Origin: an uncultured Eubacteriales bacterium
GTDB lineage: Bacteria; Bacillota; Clostridia; Christensenellales; CAG-917
Reading direction: 5' to 3'
NCBI GenBank assembly: GCA_900545885.1
Contig: URAF01000002.1
Span: 25,866-89,865 of the forward strand
DNA: 64,000 nt
Within the stretch, counting starts at the first letter, position 1. Every line of letters begins with the position of its first letter. This document shows, one piece after another, positions 44,403-53,062 of the stretch. Both the position numbers and the translations under genes were made by a program. The notes under the pieces were generated by a model that was not told the DNA's origin, searched no databases, and was given only the letters and a program-made list of their open reading frames with translations.

Positions 44403-47225
44403 ATGAAAGAAATATTCATAAAAGGCGCAAAAGAAAACAATCTCAAAAACATCGACCTCGAAATTCCGAGAGACAAACTCGTGGTTTTCACGGGACTTTC
44501 GGGTTCGGGCAAGTCTTCGCTTGCCTTCGACACCATTTTCGCAGAAGGTCAGCGCAGATATATGGAAAGTCTGTCGAGCTATGCGCGTCAGTTCCTCGGA
44601 CAGATGCAGAAACCCGACGTTGACTATATCGAGGGGCTTTCCCCCGCGGTTTCCATCGACCAGAAAACGACGTCGCACAACCCCCGTTCAACCGTCGGTA
44701 CGGTGACTGAGATTTACGACTATATGCGACTGCTTTACGCGCGCGTCGGCAAACCGCATTGCCCGAAATGCGGCAGAGAAATCGAACGCCAGACCATCGA
44801 CCAGATTGCCGACAAAATCATGTTGCGTCAGGGCGTCAAACTTCAAATTCTCGCGCCTATCGTCAGAGGAAGGAAGGGCGAGTATTCCAAACAGCTCGAA
44901 ACGCTCAAACGCGCGGGATACGTTCGCGTGCGCGTCGACGGAATAAACTATACGCTTGACGAGCAAATCAACCTTGACAAAAACATAAAACACAACATCA
45001 GCGTCGTGGTTGACAGACTGGTTGTCAAGGAAGGCATAAACCGCCGACTGAACGACGCGCTCGAAAACGCCGTTAAACTTGCCGAAGGGCTTGTGATTGC
45101 CGATTACGACGGCGAAGAAGTGCTGTATTCGACAAAATACGCCTGTCCCGATTGCGAAATCAGTTTCGAAGAACTTACCCCGAGACTCTTTTCTTTCAAC
45201 AATCCGTACGGTGCGTGTCCCGTTTGCGCAGGACTCGGATTTACCAACGAAATCGACACGAATTTGCTTGTCACGGACTGGAACGCAACTTTGCGCGAAG
45301 GCGCAATCAAAGCAAGCGGCTGGTATATCGACACGGGCAAAATGTCGCAGATGCAGTTCAAGGCACTTTCCAAAGCGTACGGTTTTTCGCTTGACGTGCC
45401 CATTAAAGACCTGCCCGAAAACGTCTTGCATATGATTTTCTACGGCAACGATGGCGACAGAATTCCCATGGAATACAATTCCAGCAATTTCAGCGGGCAT
45501 TTCAACAGCAGCTACGAAGGCATAGCCAACAATCTGATGCGCCGTTTCAACGAGACGGACTCCGATATGGTTAAAACCGAAATTTCCAGATATATGAAAC
45601 AGGTGCCGTGCACGGTTTGCGGCGGCAAGAGGCTGAAACCCGAGGCTCTGTCCGTAACCGTCGGCGGCAAGAACATTCACGAAATGTCAAGTATGTCCGT
45701 AGTCGAAGCGGAAAAATTCCTCGACGGGCTGGAACTCGGTCCGACGGAAGCCCTGATTGCAAGGCGAATCTTGAAAGAAATCCGCGCAAGACTTCGTTTT
45801 TTGTCGGACGTCGGGCTCGGTTATCTCACTTTGTCGCGCGCGTCCGCAACGCTGAGCGGCGGCGAAAGCCAGCGTATCAGACTTGCAACGCAGATAGGCA
45901 GCGGACTTACGGGCGTGCTTTACATTCTCGACGAGCCCAGCATAGGACTGCATCAAAAAGACAACGGAAAACTTCTTGCGTCACTCAAAGGATTGCGTGA
46001 CCTTGGCAATACGCTTATCGTTGTCGAACACGACGAGGAAACAATCCGCGAAGCCGACTACATCGTCGACATCGGCCCCGGTGCGGGCGTACACGGCGGC
46101 GAAGTCGTGGCGGCGGGGTCGGTCGCAGACATCATGGCGGAACCGCGTTCGATAACGGGCAAGTATCTTTCTGGCGAATATTCCATACCCGTGCCCGAAA
46201 TGCGACGTGCGGTGAGCGACAGAATGTTGACGGTGCGCGGCGCAAGACAAAACAATTTGCAAAACGTGGACGTGTCAATCCCCGTCGGAACGTTCACGGC
46301 GGTTACGGGTGTATCGGGTTCGGGAAAATCCAGCCTTGTCAACGAAATAATTTATCCCGCAATGTCAAATGCCCTTATGCGCAGCAGATTGCCCGAGGGC
46401 GAATACAACGCAATCGAAGGTGTCGAATATTTTGACAAAGTAATCTCAATCGACCAAAGCCCGATTGGCAGAACGCCTCGTTCAAACCCCGCAACGTATA
46501 CGGGAGTGTTCGGACCCATACGCGACCTGTTTGCCGAACTTCCCGACGCAAAGACCCGCGGCTATAAGTCGGGACGATTCTCTTTCAACGTTTCGGGCGG
46601 CAGATGCGAAAACTGCGGCGGCGACGGAATTATCAAAATCGAAATGCATTTCTTGCCCGACATATACGTGCCGTGCGAAGTGTGCAAAGGCGCGCGATAT
46701 AACAGAGAAACGCTCGAAGTCAGATACAAAGGCAAGAATATTGCCGAAGTTCTCGATATGACAGTGGAAGAAGCGTTGGAGTTTTTCACCAATGTACCGC
46801 GCATACGCAGCAAAATTCAGACGCTTTACGACGTAGGACTCGGTTACATCAAACTCGGACAGTCCTCGACCACGTTGAGCGGCGGCGAGGCGCAGAGAGT
46901 CAAACTCGCAACCGAACTCAGCAAACGCGGCACGGGCAAAACGCTTTACATTCTCGACGAACCGACAACCGGACTGCATACGCACGACGTTGCAAAACTG
47001 CTTGCGATACTGAACCGCCTTGCGGACGCGGGCAATACAATACTTGTTATCGAACACAACCTCGACGTCATCAAGATGGCGGACTGGATAATAGACCTCG
47101 GTCCCGACGGCGGTAACGGCGGCGGAAGAATAGTTGCCTGCGGTCGTCCCGAAGAAGTGGCGAAAAACCCGTCGAGTTACACGGCAGAGTATTTGAGGAA
47201 GGTTTTGCCCGACAAAAAAGCGTAA
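44403..47225 (+). CDS. uvrA: Excinuclease ABC subunit A
   Basis: 940 aa. [53 protein letters not shown], zinc-finger CxxC pairs and a second ABC module ([10 protein letters not shown]). Confidence 0.97.
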   Translation: MKEIFIKGAKENNLKNIDLEIPRDKLVVFTGLSGSGKSSLAFDTIFAEGQRRYMESLSSYARQFLGQMQKPDVDYIEGLSPAVSIDQKTTSHNPRSTVGTVTEIYDYMRLLYARVGKPHCPKCGREIERQTIDQIADKIMLRQGVKLQILAPIVRGRKGEYSKQLETLKRAGYVRVRVDGINYTLDEQINLDKNIKHNISVVVDRLVVKEGINRRLNDALENAVKLAEGLVIADYDGEEVLYSTKYACPDCEISFEELTPRLFSFNNPYGACPVCAGLGFTNEIDTNLLVTDWNATLREGAIKASGWYIDTGKMSQMQFKALSKAYGFSLDVPIKDLPENVLHMIFYGNDGDRIPMEYNSSNFSGHFNSSYEGIANNLMRRFNETDSDMVKTEISRYMKQVPCTVCGGKRLKPEALSVTVGGKNIHEMSSMSVVEAEKFLDGLELGPTEALIARRILKEIRARLRFLSDVGLGYLTLSRASATLSGGESQRIRLATQIGSGLTGVLYILDEPSIGLHQKDNGKLLASLKGLRDLGNTLIVVEHDEETIREADYIVDIGPGAGVHGGEVVAAGSVADIMAEPRSITGKYLSGEYSIPVPEMRRAVSDRMLTVRGARQNNLQNVDVSIPVGTFTAVTGVSGSGKSSLVNEIIYPAMSNALMRSRLPEGEYNAIEGVEYFDKVISIDQSPIGRTPRSNPATYTGVFGPIRDLFAELPDAKTRGYKSGRFSFNVSGGRCENCGGDGIIKIEMHFLPDIYVPCEVCKGARYNRETLEVRYKGKNIAEVLDMTVEEALEFFTNVPRIRSKIQTLYDVGLGYIKLGQSSTTLSGGEAQRVKLATELSKRGTGKTLYILDEPTTGLHTHDVAKLLAILNRLADAGNTILVIEHNLDVIKMADWIIDLGPDGGNGGGRIVACGRPEEVAKNPSSYTAEYLRKVLPDKKA

Positions 47226-47251
47226 ATAAGGTTAAATTTCAAACCAAAAAC

Positions 47252-47288
47252 AAAAACGGCATTCCGCAGAGGAGTGCCGTTTTTATTT
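47252..47288. terminator. Bidirectional rho-independent terminator (serves uvrA and the convergent XRE gene)
   Basis: AACGGCATTCC (47255-47265) pairs with GGAGTGCCGTT (47271-47281), including one G-U pair, followed by TTTTATTT. An A-rich run lies upstream. Confidence 0.8.
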
Positions 47289-47365
47289 CAAAACACGAAT
47301 TGTGTGCATAAAGCAGGAAAACCGACGCGATTTCTGCATTTGCGACGGTTTTCCGATACGAAGGT

Positions 47366-47578
47366 TCAGTAGTTGCGACGTCCTATGATGTAGTCGACGC
47401 TTACGCCGAAGAGAATGCTCATTTCAATCAGAATGTCATAGGACGGTTGGTTTCTTCCCACTTCCCAGCCGGAAACAGCGGATTTCGAGACCTTGAAATG
47501 GTCTGCAAGGTCCGATTGCAACATTCCCGCGTCTTTGCGCAGTTGTTTCAGTCTTTCGGGAAAACAGGTTTTGAGCAT
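47366..47578 (-). CDS. XRE-family helix-turn-helix transcriptional regulator (small, HTH only)
   Basis: 70 aa. ERLKQLRKDAGMLQSDLADHFKVSKSAVSGWEVGRNQPSYDILIEMSILFGVSVDYIIG is an HTH_3 domain. SD AAGAGG is present. Confidence 0.82.
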   Translation of the reverse strand: MLKTCFPERLKQLRKDAGMLQSDLADHFKVSKSAVSGWEVGRNQPSYDILIEMSILFGVSVDYIIGRRNY

Positions 47579-47605
47579 AACACACCTCTTTTGTACGATA
47601 CGTGT

Positions 47606-47634
47606 ATTATATGCCTTTGCATCGCGCTTGTCAA
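47606..47634 (-). promoter_or_regulatory. Perfect-consensus sigma-A promoter of the XRE gene
   Basis: On the minus strand: TTGACA (47634-47629), a 17-nt spacer, then TATAAT (47611-47606). Confidence 0.75.
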
Positions 47635-47902
47635 CACACGAAAAGTGTTTGAGCGTTTTTGTTTTTCAGGGGAGCAGTAGCAGCAGACGCGGAATTGCAA
47701 GCAAAACGTATGCAAGTATGCGCAGCTATTGCAAAAATCGAAGTTCGATATCGCCATATATTTGCAGATTTACACGAAAATATGTGCCAGCGGGAACATA
47801 TGTGCAAACGTAACAACGTAACGCGGGATTGTTTGCGCATATGCCGAGTCGGGCAGATTTGCGTGTGTATATATGCTCAATTGTGGTTGAAATTTGCAAG
47901 CC

Positions 47903-47950
47903 TGAAAACGCATAAAAACAGCGCACCGTCTCCGTTTGCGGTGCGCTGTT
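47903..47950 (-). terminator. Rho-independent terminator of the P-type ATPase gene
   Basis: The 12-bp stem AACAGCGCACCG (47917-47928) pairs with CGGTGCGCTGTT (47939-47950). On the minus strand it is followed by TTTTATGCGTTTTC. Confidence 0.8.
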
Positions 47951-47985
47951 GCGGTTTGTGTAATTTTGCGCGTGCGGCGTTTGAA

Positions 47986-50346
47986 TTAATTGCCGTTTTC
48001 GTGCAAGTGGCCGTCCGCGTGCTCGTTTGTGTGTTCTACGTGGGTAGGCGCGCTATGTGCGTGGTCGTGCTCATGGTCGTGCTCACGGTCGTGCGTTTGC
48101 GCGTGGGTGTTTGCGTGTACGTGTTCGTGCGAGTGCGCGTGAGCGTAGGAGTTTGTGCCGCCATCGGCGTGGCTGTGAGAATGCTTTTCGGTTTGTGCGT
48201 GTTTTCGGACACGGTGTTGGCGTTCGGAAGTGCCGTTTGTGCCGGCGGTGCGGTGTGTGCCGCCGTAGCGCAGAACGCGCAGGGAGTTGAGAACGGTGCA
48301 TATTGCAAGTCCGACGTCGGAGAAAACCGCCCAGGCAAGCCCCGTGATACCCGCAAGTCCCAAGCTTACGAACAAAAGTTTGACGCCGAGCGTTGCAATG
48401 ATGTTTTCGGCGACGACTTTTTTTGTGAAAGAGGAGAGCTTGTGTGCTTCGGTGAGTTGCGCAAGGTTGTCGTTCATAAGAACGATATCCGCACTGTCCA
48501 CCGTAGCCGCGCTGCCCGAAAGTCCCATTGCGATTCCGAGGTCGGCACGGGAAAGAACGGGTGCGTCGTTTATTCCGTCGCCAACGTATGCGACGATGTC
48601 GGATTTCTTATTTTTTGCGTTTATGAGTTTCTCGATTTCCGCGAATTTATCCTGCGGCATCATTTGAGCGTGATACTCGGTGATTCCGAGTTCGCTTGCA
48701 ACGGAAGACGCCGTTTCGGCGTTGTCGCCCGTAAACATCACGGTGTCGACGGAATGGGCGCGGAAGTAATCGAGTGCGTCTTTGGTGCTGTTTTTTACGG
48801 CGTCTACAAGGGTGAGCGTTGCCACGGTTTTGCCGTCGACGGTTACGTCAACGCAGGTGCCTGAGCCTTTCCCGCCTCGTGCGGCACGTCCCACTTCGAC
48901 GACGTGACCGTCAACTGTACAGCGCATTCCGACGCCTGCCGTTTCGTGTACGTCGGTGACGGACACGGCGGTGTCTTTTGCCCATTTGTCTGCGTTTTCT
49001 CCCGCGGCTTTTACAACGGCGCGGGCAATCGGGTGAGTGGAGTTGCTTTCCGCATAATACGCATAGCGCAGCACGTCGTTTTCCGTAAGATTTCCTTCAA
49101 GAACTTCTATGTTTTTCAACGTGAAATTTCCGTCCGTAAGCGTTCCCGTTTTGTCGACCGCAATGGTGCGGATTGCCGATATGCCGTCAAGGTAATTCGT
49201 GCCTTTGATGAGTATACCTTTGCGCGACGCGTTGCCTATTGCGCAGAAATAGCTCATAGGCACGGAAATGGCAATGGCACAAGGGCAGGATACGGCAAGG
49301 AATATCATTCCTTTGTACAGACTTTCGCGCACTCCGTAACCGCCCGCAAGTCCGAACAACAATCCGACAAGCACGGCGCAACCTATGACCACGGGTACGT
49401 AGTATTTAACGACGCGCGTAACGACTGTTTCCGTTTTTGTTTTACGTTCGGCGGCGGTTTCGACGAGTTGCAGAATTCGGGTTATGGTGCTGTTTTCGTC
49501 CGTGCCTGTCGTGCGAAGTTTGATAGCGCCGTTCAGGTTGACGGAACCAGACAGCACGGAGTCGCCTTCCTTGACGTTTGCGGGCACGCTTTCGCCTGTG
49601 AGCGAGGATAAATCGAGCGCGCACGAGCCTTCTTCTATTATGCCGTCGAGGGGAACGATTTCACCGGCTTTAACGAGTATAAGCGAGCCTTCCGCGACTT
49701 CGGATACTGCCTTGTCGGCAAACTCTCCGTCTGTGAATACGGGGACGGTCTCGGGCTTGACCATCATAAGGCTTTTTACGCTGTTTCGGGTTTTATCTAT
49801 CGCTTTTTGCTCGAAGAACTTGCCGATTTGATACAAAATGACAACCATAAACCCTTCCAGCGTTTCGCCGATTGCAACGGCGCAAATCGCGGAAATCGCC
49901 ATAAGCAGGTTTTCGTCGACGGTGTGTGCGCGGAATATTTTGGTGAACGCGCGCACGAGTGTTTTTCCGAGTGCAAGCATTATGCCCACCCATTCGAGGA
50001 CGGTTGCTGCAAGCGAGTATTGCGTGAACTCTTCGAGGCATATTCCGACTATGCCGATAACCGCTCCGATAAAGAACAAAACGATAAGCGGATCGGCTTT
50101 TTTGCGTTCGGAAACGGTGTTTGTCCTCTCGTATGGCGATACGGTGCAATCTGCTTCTGCCTGTTTGCAGGCGCGCGTAATGTCGGGGAGAATGTCGTCG
50201 TCGCGGTCTGTCGTCACGACAAGTTTCTCCGTGCTGAAATTGAGATTTGCGGAAGTCACCCAAGGAAGTTTTGCAACGGTGTCTTCCACTTTTTTCGCGC
50301 ACATTGCGCAGTCTATGTTGCCGACTCTGAACTGATGACGTTTCAT
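47986..50346 (-). CDS. cadA: Heavy-metal P1B-type ATPase (Zn/Cd/Co-like) with an N-terminal HMA domain and a His-rich C-terminal tail
   Basis: The start is MKRHQFRVGNIDCAMCAKKVE (CxxC). Motifs include TM6 SCPCAIAISVP, DKTGTLT, GDGINDAP, and a late-TM SDVG as seen in Zn/Cd pumps. The last 92 aa contain 23 His. The track ORF extends to 50538, across the upstream gene. Confidence 0.9.
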   Translation of the reverse strand: MKRHQFRVGNIDCAMCAKKVEDTVAKLPWVTSANLNFSTEKLVVTTDRDDDILPDITRACKQAEADCTVSPYERTNTVSERKKADPLIVLFFIGAVIGIVGICLEEFTQYSLAATVLEWVGIMLALGKTLVRAFTKIFRAHTVDENLLMAISAICAVAIGETLEGFMVVILYQIGKFFEQKAIDKTRNSVKSLMMVKPETVPVFTDGEFADKAVSEVAEGSLILVKAGEIVPLDGIIEEGSCALDLSSLTGESVPANVKEGDSVLSGSVNLNGAIKLRTTGTDENSTITRILQLVETAAERKTKTETVVTRVVKYYVPVVIGCAVLVGLLFGLAGGYGVRESLYKGMIFLAVSCPCAIAISVPMSYFCAIGNASRKGILIKGTNYLDGISAIRTIAVDKTGTLTDGNFTLKNIEVLEGNLTENDVLRYAYYAESNSTHPIARAVVKAAGENADKWAKDTAVSVTDVHETAGVGMRCTVDGHVVEVGRAARGGKGSGTCVDVTVDGKTVATLTLVDAVKNSTKDALDYFRAHSVDTVMFTGDNAETASSVASELGITEYHAQMMPQDKFAEIEKLINAKNKKSDIVAYVGDGINDAPVLSRADLGIAMGLSGSAATVDSADIVLMNDNLAQLTEAHKLSSFTKKVVAENIIATLGVKLLFVSLGLAGITGLAWAVFSDVGLAICTVLNSLRVLRYGGTHRTAGTNGTSERQHRVRKHAQTEKHSHSHADGGTNSYAHAHSHEHVHANTHAQTHDREHDHEHDHAHSAPTHVEHTNEHADGHLHENGN

Positions 50347-50354
50347 GGTTTTGC

Positions 50355-50696
50355 CTATTCGTTTATATGAGTCAAAGTCACCTGAAATACAGTGCTGATA
50401 TGGTCGTCGCTCAACGAATAATATTTGACTTTGCCTTCCTGTCTTACGTTGACGACGTCGATTTTGCGAAGTACTGCAAGCTGATGCGAAACGGCAGAGT
50501 GTTCCATTCCGAGCAGTGCCGCTATGTCGCAGACACACAGTTCACGTATGAGCAAAGCGTTTACAATCCTGAGTCGCGTGGGGTCTGCCATAACTTTGAG
50601 GAAGTTCGACATTTTGGACAGAGCGTATGCGGATTGCATTTTTTCTGTCACTTCGTTGATTGCTTCGGGGTGTACCGTACAAAGGTGATATGCCAT
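50355..50696 (-). CDS. ArsR/SmtB-family metal-responsive repressor
   Basis: 113 aa. The ATG at 50696 has AAGGAG upstream. ADPTRLRIVNALLIRELCVCDIAALLGMEHSAVSHQLAVLR is a wHTH with the alpha3 CVC. The C-terminal DDHISTVFQVTLTHINE fits the alpha5 DxHx10Hx2E Zn site. Confidence 0.9.
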   Translation of the reverse strand: MAYHLCTVHPEAINEVTEKMQSAYALSKMSNFLKVMADPTRLRIVNALLIRELCVCDIAALLGMEHSAVSHQLAVLRKIDVVNVRQEGKVKYYSLSDDHISTVFQVTLTHINE

Positions 50697-50757
50697 ATTT
50701 CTCCTTGTTTCCTCGCGAAAAATTATTTTCGCCAAGCAAACTTTATTGTTTTGATTT

Positions 50758-50795
50758 TGTATGAACAGCCATTCATATGATTGTCTGTTCATATA
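50758..50795. promoter_or_regulatory. Candidate ArsR/SmtB operator (nested palindromes containing TGAACA/TGTTCA)
   Basis: TATGAACAG (50760-50768) and CTGTTCATA (50785-50793) form a perfect 9-bp inverted repeat. An inner palindrome, TCATATGA, sits at 50773-50780. The site lies directly downstream of, and overlaps, the predicted -10 element. Confidence 0.6.
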
Positions 50796-50821
50796 TTATC
50801 ACTGCGTTTGGAATTTTGCAA
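50793..50821 (-). promoter_or_regulatory. Promoter of the ArsR/SmtB - P1B-ATPase operon
   Basis: On the minus strand: TTGCAA (50821-50816), a 17-nt spacer, then TAATAT (50798-50793). Confidence 0.55.
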
Positions 50822-51183
50822 CACTTTTTTCAAAGTTGCCTGAGCTAACTTTTGTTGACTCGCAGGGAAGTCGGATGTTTCAGGCGTTCGGGGCAAAGAA
50901 ATAGGGGAAATTGACAATTCGCGAAGTTCGCTTATGGGGGCGTATTGATTGGTGCAAAAAAGCATTGTGAGGTAAACTTTTAATCGGTGTTTCATAGACA
51001 ACGGAATATTGCGAAAGCAAGTCGAATTTCTCGGAAATTGCGGTCGGACGTTTAATTTTCGGTGAAGGTTGAAATTAGTTGTTGAAAATAACGGTTGTAT
51101 TTTGTAATATCTTTATATACGATTAAACGCGATGTACGCGCGATGTCTGCACAGAGCAGACGGACAACCGTTCAGGAGGTAAT

Positions 51184-52407
51184 ATGAATCTCAATTCCGT
51201 AAAAAACGCAAAAGCAGCTGCCGCTGATTTTATGGAAACAGAAATCAAAACCGTCATCACGCGTTTCGGCAAGCGCGGTCCCGGTATGGACGGCGAGAAA
51301 AAAGCCTGTGAGTATATGGCGGACCAGTTGAAAGACTACGGGTGTGACGACGTCAAAGTCGAACCTTTCGACCTGCATCCTGCGGCTTTTATGGGTTGGA
51401 TATACATTACCGTATCCCTTGTGCTTGCGGCGTTTGTTCTGTTCTTTGTGCCGCATATCGCAGCCAGAATAGTGGCGCTTGTGCTTGTAGCGGTGGGCGC
51501 TGTCGTTATGTTGGGCGAGTTTATCATGTATCGCAAGGTCGTCGATAAAATTTATCCCAAAATGACATCATGCAATGTCACTGCCGTGAAAAAACCGACG
51601 GGCGAAGTCAAACAGCGTATTTTCTACAACGGTCACCCCGACGCCGCTTGCGAATGGACGTTCAATTATCTTGGCGGCGGTGTTCTGTTCGGCGCGCACG
51701 TAGTGTTCGGCATTATCGGACTGGTATATCTTTTCGCAATTCTGATTGCGTCATTTTTCCTTGACGACGCCGATTTGGTGTTGCGTCTCGGACTCGGCAC
51801 TCTCGTTTTCGTGCCTTCGTGGATACTTTACTATGTACTTTGGAACGAAAAACGTATTGTAGACGGCGCAAACGACAACCTTACGGGTTGTTACATGGGT
51901 ATTGCAATCCTCAAAGCGTTGAAAGAGCAAGGAATTGAACTTGAAAACACCGAAGTCGGCGTGATTATTTCGGGTTCGGAAGAAGCGGGACTCAGAGGCG
52001 CGAAAGAATGGGCAAAGGCGCACAAAAACGATTATAACGACGTGCCTACGTTCATCATTGCGTATGATACCATTCACGAAGGAAAGTTCCTGCAAGTCAA
52101 CCAGAAGGATTTGAACGCGACGGTCAAAGCCGACGCGGAAATAAGCAGACGTTTCAAGGAAGCGGCGGACAAACTCGGTATCACTTGCAATGTGGGCAAC
52201 GTGCCTTTCGGTGCGACGGACTCTGCGGCGTTCAATCAGGGCGGTTTCAGAGCAACGGGCATTACCGCAATGAACCACAATTTGCAGAACTACTATCACA
52301 CCCGCTACGACAGTTACGACAATCTCGACAAAGAAGCGTTGGCAGACTGTTTCGCCGTGTCTGTTCAGGTGCTTGAAGACCTCGAAAACCACGGTGCGGA
52401 CAAATAA
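51184..52407 (+). CDS. M28-family metallopeptidase with an internal membrane-spanning segment
   Basis: 407 aa with AGGAGG SD. GHPDAA, ISGSEEAGLRGAKEWA and HTRYD resemble M28 Zn-ligand motifs. There are 4-5 hydrophobic helices in the middle of the protein. Confidence 0.72.
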   Translation: MNLNSVKNAKAAAADFMETEIKTVITRFGKRGPGMDGEKKACEYMADQLKDYGCDDVKVEPFDLHPAAFMGWIYITVSLVLAAFVLFFVPHIAARIVALVLVAVGAVVMLGEFIMYRKVVDKIYPKMTSCNVTAVKKPTGEVKQRIFYNGHPDAACEWTFNYLGGGVLFGAHVVFGIIGLVYLFAILIASFFLDDADLVLRLGLGTLVFVPSWILYYVLWNEKRIVDGANDNLTGCYMGIAILKALKEQGIELENTEVGVIISGSEEAGLRGAKEWAKAHKNDYNDVPTFIIAYDTIHEGKFLQVNQKDLNATVKADAEISRRFKEAADKLGITCNVGNVPFGATDSAAFNQGGFRATGITAMNHNLQNYYHTRYDSYDNLDKEALADCFAVSVQVLEDLENHGADK

Positions 52408-52426
52408 GCGAGCGGTAGTTTAATTT

Positions 52427-52756
52427 ATGAGCATAACGGTCAATATCTACTATACGGGCAAAAACGGTTCGGCCAGAAAGTTTGCCGAAGAAATGGTGTC
52501 TTCCGGCACTGTCGACCTTATCCGTGCCGAAGAGGGCAACGAACGCTACGAGTATTTCTATTCGGCAAGCGACCCCGAAACCGTGCTTTTGATAGACTCA
52601 TGGAGCAGTCAACAGGCGATTGACGCTCATCACGCTACGCCTATGATGAATACTATTGCCGACCTCAGAAACAAGTACGATTTGCACATGCGAGTTGAAA
52701 GATACGTTTCTGACAGCCAAGGTATTCCTGACGGCGACAAGCGTTTCATAAGATAA
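52427..52756 (+). CDS. Antibiotic-biosynthesis-monooxygenase (ABM/Dabb-fold) domain protein
   Basis: 109 aa. The size and the pattern ...YEYFYSASDPETVLLIDSWSSQQAIDAHHATPMM are typical of ABM domains. Confidence 0.65.
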   Translation: MSITVNIYYTGKNGSARKFAEEMVSSGTVDLIRAEEGNERYEYFYSASDPETVLLIDSWSSQQAIDAHHATPMMNTIADLRNKYDLHMRVERYVSDSQGIPDGDKRFIR

Positions 52757-52857
52757 CGCTCTTTATACCAAAAAAGTAAAGTCGGAAGTCCGATAATCAA
52801 AGATGACGACCGAATGATAAAAACGTATATAAATCCAAACTTAAAGTTTTGTAAATA

Positions 52858-52890
52858 AGAAAACCCGCGTAACAACGCGGGTTTTGTTTT
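52858..52890 (+). terminator. Rho-independent terminator after the M28/ABM genes
   Basis: AAACCCGCG (52861-52869) pairs with CGCGGGTTT (52876-52884), followed by TGTTTT. Confidence 0.8.
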
Positions 52891-53062
52891 GATTACGGGA
52901 TTGTTTCAAATTTTAGAACAGATTTTGATTATCCGATTGCATTTGTAATGCGTTGTTAATAGTAGATTGAGAGGTTTGACTTCTGCGTTGGTGCTTTTAC
53001 ACGTAAAACACATGCAAAACGAGGTGCTTGGCGTGGAGCTATGGCGTTTTGCGGGGCGGGTG

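Noticed and set aside
47631-47926. ORFs of 66-69 aa on the minus strand upstream of the XRE gene
   Set aside because: They have no SD or recognisable domain. They overlap each other in different frames and lie in palindrome-rich, probably regulatory DNA.
50347-50538. The N-terminal extension of the P-type ATPase ORF (track start 50538), which runs across the ArsR-family gene
   Set aside because: The extension lies in the antisense-free overlap with the upstream gene and has no SD. MKRHQF... at 50346 begins the HMA domain 9 nt after the repressor stop, which is typical operon spacing.
50789-51001. A 70-aa minus-strand ORF in the long region between the ArsR-family gene and the M28 peptidase gene
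   Set aside because: It has no SD, its start lies inside the arsR promoter/operator, and its sequence is nondescript. The ~360-bp region remains unexplained, but I found no riboswitch-like or repeat structure in it.
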